From IMG/VR virus record IMGVR_UViG_2663762648_000013: a DNA stretch of 61,430 nucleotides. One strand, written 5' to 3'. A program made the position numbers and the translations under genes. Position 1 is the stretch's first letter; each line of letters starts with the position of its first letter. Under the pieces are notes generated by a model. The model saw only the letters and a program-made list of their open reading frames with translations, did not search any database and was not told where the DNA came from. This document shows positions 20,958-30,604 of this stretch, in pieces. Source of the stretch: a virus (lineage: Duplodnaviria > Heunggongvirae > Uroviricota > Caudoviricetes).

Positions 20958-21352
20958 TATCCCCCCCTCACAACCCTGACTTGTGAGCGACTAAGTCCGT
21001 ACGGTTTCAGCAGTGCTATCGCAAGCTGTAAATCGGGTTCAAGCAATGCAGTGCTGTTTGCTGGCAACTCAGAAAATGATTTCGATACACTGACCCCGTC
21101 AGCCGACACGGCTTTACTGATAACAACGCCAGAATCATTTTTCTGCTGAAACAACTTACCGAATGAGGCAATTCTGGCTGCATATGCTCCCGCAAGTTTT
21201 ACCTCTTCCGGAATACGGGATGGGTTAATTTTCAGGTTGAAGCCATTAAGCCAGGCATTAGCCATTAAAACAGCTTTATTTTTAGCGTTCTCACTCGTCC
21301 AGGCGTTCCCAAACGCATTATCAACGTCATCACAGGTCACGTAAGTGATCAT
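20957..21352 (-). CDS. head-tail connector protein
   Basis: 131-aa ORF; assignment by position. Confidence 0.4.
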   Translation of the reverse strand: MITYVTCDDVDNAFGNAWTSENAKNKAVLMANAWLNGFNLKINPSRIPEEVKLAGAYAARIASFGKLFQQKNDSGVVISKAVSADGVSVSKSFSELPANSTALLEPDLQLAIALLKPYGLSRSQVRVVRGG

Positions 21353-21355
21353 GTG

Positions 21356-21532
21356 TTACTCCTGAGTTTTCCAGCCCATAGCCTTCCAGTTGTCAACTTC
21401 ATCAGGATGAACATTAGCGATAGTTGGTGCGCCGGGAAACATCTGATAATCGGTCACCATAACCACTAACTCAATTTGCGTTTTTTGTGCGGCTTCACGC
21501 TGTGCTCTTTGCTCTTTAGTTAATCCGGCCAT
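21356..21532 (-). CDS. small hypothetical head-region protein (58 aa)
   Basis: Hand-translated MAGLTKEQRAQREAAQK...WKTQE; below the ORF-track size cutoff; fills the gap between capsid terminator and connector gene. Confidence 0.3.
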   Translation of the reverse strand: MAGLTKEQRAQREAAQKTQIELVVMVTDYQMFPGAPTIANVHPDEVDNWKAMGWKTQE

Positions 21533-21543
21533 ATGCCCCCCAT

Positions 21544-21564
21544 TAAAAATGGGGCCGAAGCCCC
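21544..21564 (-). terminator. rho-independent terminator after major capsid gene
   Basis: Minus strand GGGGC-ttcg-GCCCC followed by ATTTTTAA. Confidence 0.5.
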
Positions 21565-21574
21565 GTTTGAATGT

Positions 21575-22714
21575 TTAACCAAGAATCAGACAACCATGTG
21601 CCGGCTTCACTGATGAAACACCCCATGCCAGTCCAACTTCATAGCGCACCTGGCGATACTGACGATACAGTGCAATCTGGAACGTAATCCCTGAAATCGG
21701 GTCCGTAACATTCATTACATCATCAGCATTATCGCCACCTTCCGGCATTGCCGGAGTACGGGATGCCAGCAGAAACGCGTTGCGATCAAACGCCATATTT
21801 GCAGTAAAGGCCCCAACAACTGTGATGGCAGTATCATCGGCCAGATCCTGACGCAGTCCGGGCGCTGCAAGAGTAATCAGATTGCTGGTCGCTGCTGCCA
21901 CAACATACTGATTCGGATCACCAGCGAACGTAACAATCTGACCTGCAGAAATACTCCCCGAACCAGTATCAATGGAAATAAGAACATCGCCTTCTTTTTT
22001 CTCTCCATTCACGAGATAACCAGTTGCAGCAACCTTTGGCGCTCGTTTCACACCTGCCGAACTGTGAATATTGAATCCCTCCAGACGCCCCAACACGCCC
22101 TCACGCAGTAGCTGTTCAGTGCCGGATTCATTCACTTTAAACAATACAGACTGTTTTCCGCGCAAATTAGCAATGGCAGTGGAGCCAAGCACCATCTGCA
22201 GATCGGTTGTCGGTGCGCCGTTATCCTCCAGAACCTGACGAGCCAGAGCAGCATCAGAAAGATCATCTTTAACACCAAACGGCGTTGTCCCTGCGGTTCC
22301 CACGGCGCGGGAAGCACCGAAATACAACGCACCAAGATCAGCCTCAACCTCGTTTGCAAGGGCGCGAAAAGCCTGCTTGAACTGATCAGCCAGAATGGTG
22401 TTGTAAGTCCCTGAAGGGCCAAGAGCCAGTTGTTCTTCACCATTCCATTTAACCGGTGCCATTTTGGATTTAGTAATTTTTACATCAACAGTGCCAATAT
22501 TTTGATCACCGGTATTCGGAGCTGACGGCCCCGGTACGATATCTTCGGTTTTCGCCTCAGGCGCAACTGGCGCGGTTACCGTCTGATCTTTTGCTGCGGC
22601 GTCAGCTTTTGCGTTTTTTGCTACCGCAGGGATAAAACCTACCTGCTCACGGGATACAACATCCAGGGCGGTATAAATAGTCGGGATCAACCCGGTCAGG
22701 GTATTTCCAGCCAT
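21575..22714 (-). CDS. major capsid protein
   Basis: ORF 21575-22807; start set to ATG 22714 preceded by AAGGAA SD; position after scaffold. Confidence 0.7.
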   Translation of the reverse strand: MAGNTLTGLIPTIYTALDVVSREQVGFIPAVAKNAKADAAAKDQTVTAPVAPEAKTEDIVPGPSAPNTGDQNIGTVDVKITKSKMAPVKWNGEEQLALGPSGTYNTILADQFKQAFRALANEVEADLGALYFGASRAVGTAGTTPFGVKDDLSDAALARQVLEDNGAPTTDLQMVLGSTAIANLRGKQSVLFKVNESGTEQLLREGVLGRLEGFNIHSSAGVKRAPKVAATGYLVNGEKKEGDVLISIDTGSGSISAGQIVTFAGDPNQYVVAAATSNLITLAAPGLRQDLADDTAITVVGAFTANMAFDRNAFLLASRTPAMPEGGDNADDVMNVTDPISGITFQIALYRQYRQVRYEVGLAWGVSSVKPAHGCLILG

Positions 22715-22812
22715 AATTAAATATTCCTTAAAAATTTGCGTAATTGTGAATAGATGGAGTAATGAGCTATCCAGCCCTGACACCAGCTCCCATCCGGAAG
22801 CTGACAAATGTG

Positions 22813-23577
22813 TTAATCAACGATTGTGATACCGTCTTTCAATGCGTTTTGCTTACCTGCAACATCCAGTGCATCAAAAGCAGAGCGTTTCATCGTTTTC
22901 TGACCAATATCATGCTGTGTCGGACGGGAGCCGCCGCCATTGTTGCCACTGGCTTTCAGGATGTAGTCTTTCTGAGGGTAATTTTCGACAAGGAACTCCA
23001 GCGCCTCATCAAACTGCGCCAGTTCGCCAGGCTTCGCGCGGGAATAAATTTTGTTGCCGGAAGCGTCATAAGCAACGATCCTCCCTTCTTCCACTTTGAA
23101 TGCCTGCCCGAAGCGGGCTTGTAATAAATCTGCCGGGATCGCAATTTTATCGGCAATATATTTTGAACCCGCAAAACTACCGCCAATCATAGAATCGTAA
23201 AGCTGCTTCTCCAGCATCTGAGAGCGTTGCTTTTCTTCATCTAATTGCTGCTGAAAATTTTTCGTAATTTCTGCCTTAACCTGGTCAACCTGTCCCGCAT
23301 CGAGCAGCTTTTTCTGGTCGATTTTTGACAGCATTTCCAGTGCCTCGATCGCCTTCTTCGGGTCTTCGATAGCGGCAAACTTAGCCAGTTTTTCCTCTGC
23401 AGCTTCTTTAGCCAGGCGATGATTTTTTGCCTCGCCATTAAGCTCTGTAATTTTTTTTGTCGCCAGCGGTGCATCGAAGCCAATTTCTTTACCATCGTCG
23501 TGCACATAAACTGGCAGGCCAGCAGTATCAATTTCTGCGTATTGTTTTCCGTTAATCTCGACCGTTTTCAGTTTCAT
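22813..23577 (-). CDS. head scaffolding protein
   Basis: Acidic, coiled-coil-rich ORF between morphogenesis and capsid genes; start set to MKLKTVEING. Confidence 0.5.
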   Translation of the reverse strand: MKLKTVEINGKQYAEIDTAGLPVYVHDDGKEIGFDAPLATKKITELNGEAKNHRLAKEAAEEKLAKFAAIEDPKKAIEALEMLSKIDQKKLLDAGQVDQVKAEITKNFQQQLDEEKQRSQMLEKQLYDSMIGGSFAGSKYIADKIAIPADLLQARFGQAFKVEEGRIVAYDASGNKIYSRAKPGELAQFDEALEFLVENYPQKDYILKASGNNGGGSRPTQHDIGQKTMKRSAFDALDVAGKQNALKDGITIVD

Positions 23578-23681
23578 ATTAGTACCTGGTTTAAGTCTTC
23601 CGACAGTTACGCTGCTCACCATCCGGATCGCAGCAATAAAAAAGGCCACCCGAAGGTAGCCTGTTGTAATAAATGATTTAT

Positions 23682-24797
23682 TTAAATCCCTGCTTTTCTG
23701 AATACCTGTGCATCACGCTCACGGAGCTGCTTCAGCGTCAGCCATTCGCCTTTATCGGTGTAAAATTCATCTGGCGACATACCACCATCCCGAATCAGCT
23801 TTGCTCGGCTTTCCCCCACAATCTGTTTTTGTCTGGTGTAAGGCTGACGCAAAAACCATTCCCTGTAGGTTGTATCTCCGGCCACCACGCCATCCATGCT
23901 GGCCCGCTCAGCCGGGGAAATATCGCGAACATCAATACCCAGTTCCTTCGCTGATTTCAGAATGAACGTTTCCGTTGAGCGGCAGCAGAAATGAATTTTT
24001 CCCGGCCCCTGCAAATAAGGCACGCTGTGACCTACAGGTTTATTATTCAGCGTATATTTGAGGCGATCCCTGATTCGACATTGTGGCGTAGTACGATTAT
24101 CAAGCGTTGATAACCATTGCTTACCCTTAATCAAATCATTATTCGCGCTGGCAAAACTCTCACGGGCAGTAGCAGCAAGATGTCCAACCGCTGTTTTTGC
24201 AATGCTGGCCGCATTAGCCCGGCTCATCTGCAATGCACCATCCTGAAATCCCTTACTGACATGTCCCCGAATTTTTCTTGCGATCTGCTCATTGGTATCC
24301 CCCAGCAAAAAACCCTGACGCACTGTATTTGTTATGCGTCTGAGCCGATCCGCCTCAAGATCTGAGGCCCACTCACTGAGCAGTCGTCCCTGGAATGGTC
24401 GCGCCATTGCAGCGGCATAAAGTGCATCAGGAGAGATACCAACCAGAGGGTGAACATCAGCAACAAAATCAGGTAGCATAGAATCAAACAGACTTAACTG
24501 ATAACCAGCCTCATAAATTGCCAGCTCGTTCAGCTCTCCGGAGAGACTGGTAAACATGCTGTTAATAGCAGTGCGGTTAACCTCTCTGACGCTCGCCAGA
24601 AGTGACTCCAGGCGCTTAACGGTAAAACTACCTGGATCGAGGCTGTCCAGTGCTATCAGCAGGCGAGCAGTAAGTTCCGCATCGCTGTCATTCAGTATTT
24701 TCACCATTCTGGCAGCCACGCCAGTGCTATAGCGGGATATCCAGACTGCATGAGCAATTGATTCATCACGCAGCCGTTCATTCACGGTTTGCATCAT
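23682..24797 (-). CDS. head morphogenesis protein (SPP1 gp7 / Mu F-like)
   Basis: 371-aa ORF downstream of portal. Confidence 0.7.
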   Translation of the reverse strand: MMQTVNERLRDESIAHAVWISRYSTGVAARMVKILNDSDAELTARLLIALDSLDPGSFTVKRLESLLASVREVNRTAINSMFTSLSGELNELAIYEAGYQLSLFDSMLPDFVADVHPLVGISPDALYAAAMARPFQGRLLSEWASDLEADRLRRITNTVRQGFLLGDTNEQIARKIRGHVSKGFQDGALQMSRANAASIAKTAVGHLAATARESFASANNDLIKGKQWLSTLDNRTTPQCRIRDRLKYTLNNKPVGHSVPYLQGPGKIHFCCRSTETFILKSAKELGIDVRDISPAERASMDGVVAGDTTYREWFLRQPYTRQKQIVGESRAKLIRDGGMSPDEFYTDKGEWLTLKQLRERDAQVFRKAGI

Positions 24798-26184
24798 TGA
24801 TTTCCATCAGCATTACACTCTGATTTTTTAATTCATCGATCACTTCCTCTGGACGGGAATCCTGATCGATAAATTTCAACGCCTGCAACACCCGAACCGC
24901 ATCAATCTGACGTATATCACCGCCCTGACGCAATGACTGAACAGCCAGCGCGGAGGATGAGTCAAACACCTGGGCAGATACATCCAGTTCAGTGCGCACA
25001 TCCACATTGCCACCGCAACTCTCTCCGATCCATTCCGCCATTATCTGGAGAATATTATCGAGGGCATCTTCGAGGGAGTTCGCCATTGTATAAAGCGGCG
25101 AGTTTTCCTGCATTCGCTCTTCATTAGTCTGATCAACAGATTTGGTGGATGTATTTTCAGCACGCAGAAGTTTAGCGCCGGCATGACGCATCTGATTTTC
25201 CAGCTTCTCAAGTGATGTTTCGCCAGATTCTATCGCTGCGCCACTATGTTCAACATATTCGAGGCCATTTTTTGTTCTGTCCTCAAAAATCGTAGCGGTG
25301 GATGCACCAACCGTCAGTTCTTCATTCCTGTCCAGCCCGTAGGCCACCAGCAATGGAACGCGGGCAACATGAAGAATATTGTCCTGCTCGCTCTGGCTTT
25401 GCCAGTGCTTGATATTCAGCAAGCCAAGATTAAGCAATGGCGGTGTACCACGCATAAATCCTGTTTTCTTCGTGTACAGTGTTACCAGAGGAATATCATC
25501 ACGGCTGGTATTCCATGACTCATGAAGCGTCCAGACAGATTCGCCATTAGTGCCTTCGCTACGTCGATAAATTTCAACTCGACGGGGCATAATATGGCGG
25601 ATCTGCTCCACCTTCTTCTGCCCGAAATCATCACCATCAATAATGATGACCTCTTTTATACGCAAATCAGTGAGAACAACTTTCCCTTTTTCAACTTTCG
25701 ATTTCCATCCAATAACCTGGCGTGGATTCAGCATCGTAACGTACGGACGACCACCGGTCGCGTTTTCATCGGCTTTTGTCCGAATCTCTTTCATATCCGT
25801 TCGTGGATAGTCCACCAGCGCATGTGCCACACCATACTGAAATGCGAGGCTGAAAAATTGCTGCGCCCACACATCCAGTCGGCTCCCCTCCATGTCGATA
25901 TTTTCTGCATATTCCCTGATTTTTGCCGGCGTTTCCTCACTCAATACTGTCGGCTCTGCAAATATGCGCCCAATATTTTGCTTGATGCTTTCTTCATACA
26001 CAGGAAGTAGCGTAGCCACAGACAGGCGTTTTTTATAAGCGTCTTCATCTTCGTTAGGCCATTTTGGGAGATAATTTTCCCCCTGCCTGCGCATTTCAAG
26101 CGTACCGCCCATCAGTGCGTCGTTAATATCCCACGCCTCCAGCATATCGTTATAGTCGAGGTTGGGTGTTGATATATCAGCCAT
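24778..26184 (-). CDS. portal protein
   Basis: 468-aa ORF immediately downstream of large terminase. Confidence 0.8.
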   Translation of the reverse strand: MADISTPNLDYNDMLEAWDINDALMGGTLEMRRQGENYLPKWPNEDEDAYKKRLSVATLLPVYEESIKQNIGRIFAEPTVLSEETPAKIREYAENIDMEGSRLDVWAQQFFSLAFQYGVAHALVDYPRTDMKEIRTKADENATGGRPYVTMLNPRQVIGWKSKVEKGKVVLTDLRIKEVIIIDGDDFGQKKVEQIRHIMPRRVEIYRRSEGTNGESVWTLHESWNTSRDDIPLVTLYTKKTGFMRGTPPLLNLGLLNIKHWQSQSEQDNILHVARVPLLVAYGLDRNEELTVGASTATIFEDRTKNGLEYVEHSGAAIESGETSLEKLENQMRHAGAKLLRAENTSTKSVDQTNEERMQENSPLYTMANSLEDALDNILQIMAEWIGESCGGNVDVRTELDVSAQVFDSSSALAVQSLRQGGDIRQIDAVRVLQALKFIDQDSRPEEVIDELKNQSVMLMEINDANRE

Positions 26185-26186
26185 AA

Positions 26187-27497
26187 TTAAATCCGAAGTG
26201 ATGTGACTCTTCCGGTCGGTTTGACAATAGGGAATTGCTTAACGATGAAATAACCTCCGGCATCATTCGGGTGATCATTGCCAGATTTTTTATCAGGCTC
26301 CCCCTTCTCATCCCAGACCTGTTGCTCCAGAGATTCGGCATATAACGGGCAACGCTTCACATTAACTTTATAGCGACGCTCACCATTGGCATTGCAGAAC
26401 ATTGCATTCATTGAGTTAACGCGATCTTTTACTGGCGGGTTCGAGCTGTTCACCACAACGTTAAAACCAGCCTGCTTAAGCTGGGCTATATCCGTCGTAC
26501 TTGCGTTACTTGATTTTCTGGAATCCCCGGAAGCATCTGGATAAATATAAATTTCCCTCACTTTCCGGTAATCATTCCCATCATACAGCCAGAAGCGTTC
26601 TTTAATGATGCGGATCATATCCGGCGTATCGTAGGCATTGATGATTTCAGTTACCGCACATGGAAGCCCCAAACGCAGCACATGGACGATTCCCGCCATC
26701 TTTCCAACGTTAAAATCCATCCCAATATAAATCGGCTCCCCTGGCTGCTCCACTTCTTCGCAATTATTCAGTTTCCGGTCAAACTGATGGTAAACAGTAC
26801 CACTTGTCAGGTTAGTAAACTGTCCTCGAAGATAGGCTTTAATCAGCTCTGGAGGGTATGATTCAAGAAGCGAAGGAATGTAATCTGCTGGCAGGTTCTT
26901 TTCATTATCGAAAGTAGATGCCTGCACCAGACCATACAGTGAGGCCAGCTCTGTTTTTTCACGCACGGCTTTAACAAACTGCTCGTAGACAAATTTGAAT
27001 CCTTCCGGCGTGGTTGTAACGTCAATACCGTTGCGAAGTCCATCAATCTTATAACGCATACGTGCAATTATCTTGCGCCACGCCGTTCTGGCTTTTTCCT
27101 TCGGCAAAATGTCCAGTTCATCCACCAACGCATTACCAATTTTGAAACCGACGATCGTTTGTGGCTTCTCCATCGATCTGCAGATAGTGGTTCCCCGATA
27201 CTGGCGTCCGTAATAAAAGTGAACCTCTTTATTTCCCTCATTAATTTTTACGTTCAATCCCCAGTCAGCAGCAACTTCTTCCACTGTAGGGTAAAAAATA
27301 TCGCGAATTTGGGGATACGTTGGCGCAAAATATCCCTGATTTATACCTGGATGCTCCCAAATCCCCTTGCATATGCCGCCACACCCAACCCATGTTTTGC
27401 CCGAGCCAAAACCAGCAATATAGGCTTTAAATTTATGGGGCATTGAAAGAAATCGCGCCTGAGGCACATTAAGCGTCGGAGAGATCATCTTCATCAC
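26187..27497 (-). CDS. terminase large subunit
   Basis: Walker A motif AGFGSGKT near N-terminus; acidic nuclease-like C-terminal half. Confidence 0.9.
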   Translation of the reverse strand: MMKMISPTLNVPQARFLSMPHKFKAYIAGFGSGKTWVGCGGICKGIWEHPGINQGYFAPTYPQIRDIFYPTVEEVAADWGLNVKINEGNKEVHFYYGRQYRGTTICRSMEKPQTIVGFKIGNALVDELDILPKEKARTAWRKIIARMRYKIDGLRNGIDVTTTPEGFKFVYEQFVKAVREKTELASLYGLVQASTFDNEKNLPADYIPSLLESYPPELIKAYLRGQFTNLTSGTVYHQFDRKLNNCEEVEQPGEPIYIGMDFNVGKMAGIVHVLRLGLPCAVTEIINAYDTPDMIRIIKERFWLYDGNDYRKVREIYIYPDASGDSRKSSNASTTDIAQLKQAGFNVVVNSSNPPVKDRVNSMNAMFCNANGERRYKVNVKRCPLYAESLEQQVWDEKGEPDKKSGNDHPNDAGGYFIVKQFPIVKPTGRVTSLRI

Positions 27498-28563
27498 TCC
27501 TTACTCTGGCATCAACCACATTAATATTGATCGCCACAGGCTGGGGATGTTCATTATCTTCCACCGTTTCGATCTCTTTGCGCAGCTTCTGGTTTTCCAT
27601 TCTGCGCCGTTCAATTTCCAGTCCCCGTAGCCGCTTATCTGCACATAAAGCCCCGCCAGCAGAAAACAAACGCAACAATTCACGCCGGGCGGCAGCCTTA
27701 TCCTCCAGCAGGATCTCAACGCCGAATTTTCCGAATTTTGCCCCTGCATATAATTGCCGCGCATCCCCATCAAGCAGAGTGGTATCAGCCATATAAAGCT
27801 GTCCCGTTCCCTCACCGCAGCACTTCGGGCAGTCCGGATTGGGTATGGCGTTATCAACAAAGCCGAGGCCTCCATATTCCGGTTCGGGTTTGCCATCTCT
27901 GGAAGCCTGCGCCGCTGCCTTGTCGAATTCTGCTATATCGCGCCACTGGTAGAGATGATTCTCGCCCCAGCAATAACGGCAGTTAACACGGCGAAATTGT
28001 GCAAGCTGATTGGGGTCGGCCAGGACAATAGCCATCAACTGACTCACTAGTAAATCCAGGTCTGCGGTATAGCGTTTCTGGTACTGATTGCGGAAGTAGC
28101 TGATAGCGCGAAAAACCCTGGCATTTCTAAGCATACGACTGGCGTTGCTGTTAGCTGTCGCACCTTGCCCCTCATAACCGGCTAGTCGGTACGCCTCTGT
28201 CGGCTTTTTACCCTGAGCAACAAGCATCGCAAACTTAGCCTGCTGGTCAGAAATGCCGAATTCATCGGGACAGAACGAAAATTCCTCCGCGTCGCCCTCA
28301 TTCAGGCCCGCATCGAATACTGGCTTTTTTTCCTGAGATTTTTCGTTCCGCTTTTGTGCAGTCTGCGCAGATTTTTTCTGCGCACTTTTTTGCGCAGTTT
28401 TGCACATTTCTGTCTGCGCATTTTTCGGAGTTTTTTTGATGTAACGACGGGCTGTTGCGTAATTCAGTCCCCTTGCTTCACACCATGCCACCGGAGATAT
28501 ACCGGAGCGGGTGTATTCAGCAATATACTCCTGCTGCAACGCCCCCCAGTCCGGTCTGCTCAT
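27469..28563 (-). CDS. terminase small subunit-like DNA-binding protein
   Basis: 364-aa ORF with N-terminal HTH-like segment directly upstream of large terminase. Confidence 0.55.
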   Translation of the reverse strand: MSRPDWGALQQEYIAEYTRSGISPVAWCEARGLNYATARRYIKKTPKNAQTEMCKTAQKSAQKKSAQTAQKRNEKSQEKKPVFDAGLNEGDAEEFSFCPDEFGISDQQAKFAMLVAQGKKPTEAYRLAGYEGQGATANSNASRMLRNARVFRAISYFRNQYQKRYTADLDLLVSQLMAIVLADPNQLAQFRRVNCRYCWGENHLYQWRDIAEFDKAAAQASRDGKPEPEYGGLGFVDNAIPNPDCPKCCGEGTGQLYMADTTLLDGDARQLYAGAKFGKFGVEILLEDKAAARRELLRLFSAGGALCADKRLRGLEIERRRMENQKLRKEIETVEDNEHPQPVAININVVDARVRSDEDDLSDA

Positions 28564-28566
28564 CAG

Positions 28567-28818
28567 TTAGTCCTGATTTTTATCCACCCTGAGTAGTTCG
28601 CGCAGAGCAAAGGCATCCCCTTTTCTGGCAAGCTTAAACAATGCCGCTCGTAACTCGGCTTCACCTTTCGCTCTGCCCTTACGGATGGCCGCATAAAAAT
28701 CTGTCATTGCTTCCCGATTTTCTTTCAGTCGGTTCAGATCAACATCCAGAACGTCAGCGATTTGTTGTGCAGTCATCCGGCACGCTGCCAGAGACTCGAC
28801 TTTCGAATACGGAATCAT
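28567..28818 (-). CDS. small HTH protein (packaging-region, function unknown)
   Basis: 83-aa ORF; true start may be the internal ATG (MTAQQIADVL). Confidence 0.4.
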   Translation of the reverse strand: MIPYSKVESLAACRMTAQQIADVLDVDLNRLKENREAMTDFYAAIRKGRAKGEAELRAALFKLARKGDAFALRELLRVDKNQD

Positions 28819-29704
28819 TTGTCACCCCCATTGATATGCAGGGTGTCTTCTTCCTGTATTTTTCGTGAAGGATTTTTACTGCAGCGTTGTTCCAGGTGAC
28901 CTGATGGTGAATGCGTTTATGACTGGCACCCATAAGTGAGATTTTTACGCACGACGGCGCATACATGACGGAGTAAAAACTTTTAACGTAGGTTCCGGAA
29001 TCCAGATACAGCTCGGTCATTCCGCCGCTGTTTTTCTGCGTCTGTTTCTGCCCTAACTGGACAGCACCGATCGTCATAAACAATTCACCACAGCGACCGA
29101 GATTCGTGTACGTATTCACATCCTCGTTAATGCGCCCCATGAATGAGAACGGTCGATCAACCGAACAGATAAAGCTGTTCATTGCCTTGCGTTTCACCCA
29201 CGAAGCATGGCCGCCATTGTCACCAAGAAAATCCCCGCCCTGCGACATAGCGATGGAAAGAGCAGGTATTGATTCGTAGTACGCAAGCATTTCAGAAAGG
29301 ATCTCATCCAGTTTCCTTATCGGGAAATAGGCCTGGTCATAGTTGCGATCCACCCGAAACTGGAACTCGTGATAATCATCATCGAGCTGAATGAAGTATT
29401 TACACCCGACCAGTTTTGCCTGGTCGAAACAGGCATTACGGGCGTAAAAAATTGAGCGGCGGTCACTAAAATTATCGGCTTCGTCAAAACGACTAGCAAT
29501 ATCGGCTTTGGAAAATACCAGCACCTGTTCACCAAATTCAGCCATGTACTGATGCCGTGTCTTATCTTCATCATCAACAACGATAAAAATTTTCCCGGTA
29601 TAGCCAGCACGACGCAACGTCCGGTAAGTCAGAACTTTGTCCGGTCGCCCGTGAGTCAGAATAAAGGCGCAAAAATCATCACGCATATTCCTCCTCCCCG
29701 CCAT
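28754..29704 (-). CDS. GT-A-like (glycosyltransferase-fold) protein, function unknown
   Basis: 316-aa ORF; AFILTHGRPD then IFIVVDDED then YFIQLDDDY pattern resembles a GT-A nucleotide-sugar transferase fold with a DxD motif. Confidence 0.45.
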   Translation of the reverse strand: MAGRRNMRDDFCAFILTHGRPDKVLTYRTLRRAGYTGKIFIVVDDEDKTRHQYMAEFGEQVLVFSKADIASRFDEADNFSDRRSIFYARNACFDQAKLVGCKYFIQLDDDYHEFQFRVDRNYDQAYFPIRKLDEILSEMLAYYESIPALSIAMSQGGDFLGDNGGHASWVKRKAMNSFICSVDRPFSFMGRINEDVNTYTNLGRCGELFMTIGAVQLGQKQTQKNSGGMTELYLDSGTYVKSFYSVMYAPSCVKISLMGASHKRIHHQVTWNNAAVKILHEKYRKKTPCISMGVTNDSVFESRVSGSVPDDCTTNR

Positions 29705-30467
29705 GCATGATCTCCACCATGCGCTGCGTCATTCGGACAAATCCATTTTCAATAGCCTGCTGATAATCAATGATCACCAGCGCCGACTCCTCGAAAAGGC
29801 ACTGAATTTCAGCGGGGGCATGAGCGTAATAGTCCGCAATTCTGCTGAAATTAAACACCGTGTGACGTTCTGCTGCACACAGGAGGAATTTCTCAATATC
29901 AGGATCAAGGGACGCCGAACGTATCCGGCTGATCAGCTCCTGAGTTTTCGTATCGTCGTACAGTTCACTGATATCCGGTTTACCGCCTGACGGCTCATAA
30001 ACAGGCGTATCAATTTTCGTCGTATACGGCTCCTCCTCATTTCCTGTACCGGGCAAAACATCCGTCAACAGTTCATCAATTTCTGCCGGGATGAAGCCTG
30101 TCAGGGAGACATCAAAATCAGCATTGATTAGGTCCGACAGCTCCATCCGCAACAGATCTTCATCCCAGCCAGCATTCATCGGCAGGCGATTATCTGCCAG
30201 GCGGTACGCCTTTTTCTGCTCATCCGTCAGGCCAGACAGAACAATGACCGGAACAGAATCCATTTTGAGCATTTCAGCCGCCATAACACGACCGTGACCC
30301 GCAATAATTTCGCCCTTTTCGTCAATCAGCACCGGATTAGTCCAGCCGAATTGCTTAATACTTTCTACCAGTTGTGCCACCTGCTCAGTACTGTGCGTCC
30401 TGGCGTTGTGCGCATACGGTGACAATTCTTGTAATGGGCGATAGACTATCTTTAATTTCTCGCTCAT
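29679..30467 (-). CDS. ParB-like nuclease domain protein
   Basis: 262-aa ORF; N-terminal ParB/Srx-like motifs (NARTHS..., IIAGHGRV). Confidence 0.65.
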   Translation of the reverse strand: MSEKLKIVYRPLQELSPYAHNARTHSTEQVAQLVESIKQFGWTNPVLIDEKGEIIAGHGRVMAAEMLKMDSVPVIVLSGLTDEQKKAYRLADNRLPMNAGWDEDLLRMELSDLINADFDVSLTGFIPAEIDELLTDVLPGTGNEEEPYTTKIDTPVYEPSGGKPDISELYDDTKTQELISRIRSASLDPDIEKFLLCAAERHTVFNFSRIADYYAHAPAEIQCLFEESALVIIDYQQAIENGFVRMTQRMVEIMHGGEEEYA

Positions 30468-30604
30468 ACAGCCTTGCTTTATGAATAAAACGCACCCCAG
30501 CAGCCAGTGCTACTGGGGGCGGAGGTGTTGCTGGTAAAGTTAGGTATTGGATCAATGAGTGAGTCAACATAATATTAAACTCACAATTATAAATCAGCCA
30601 TATA

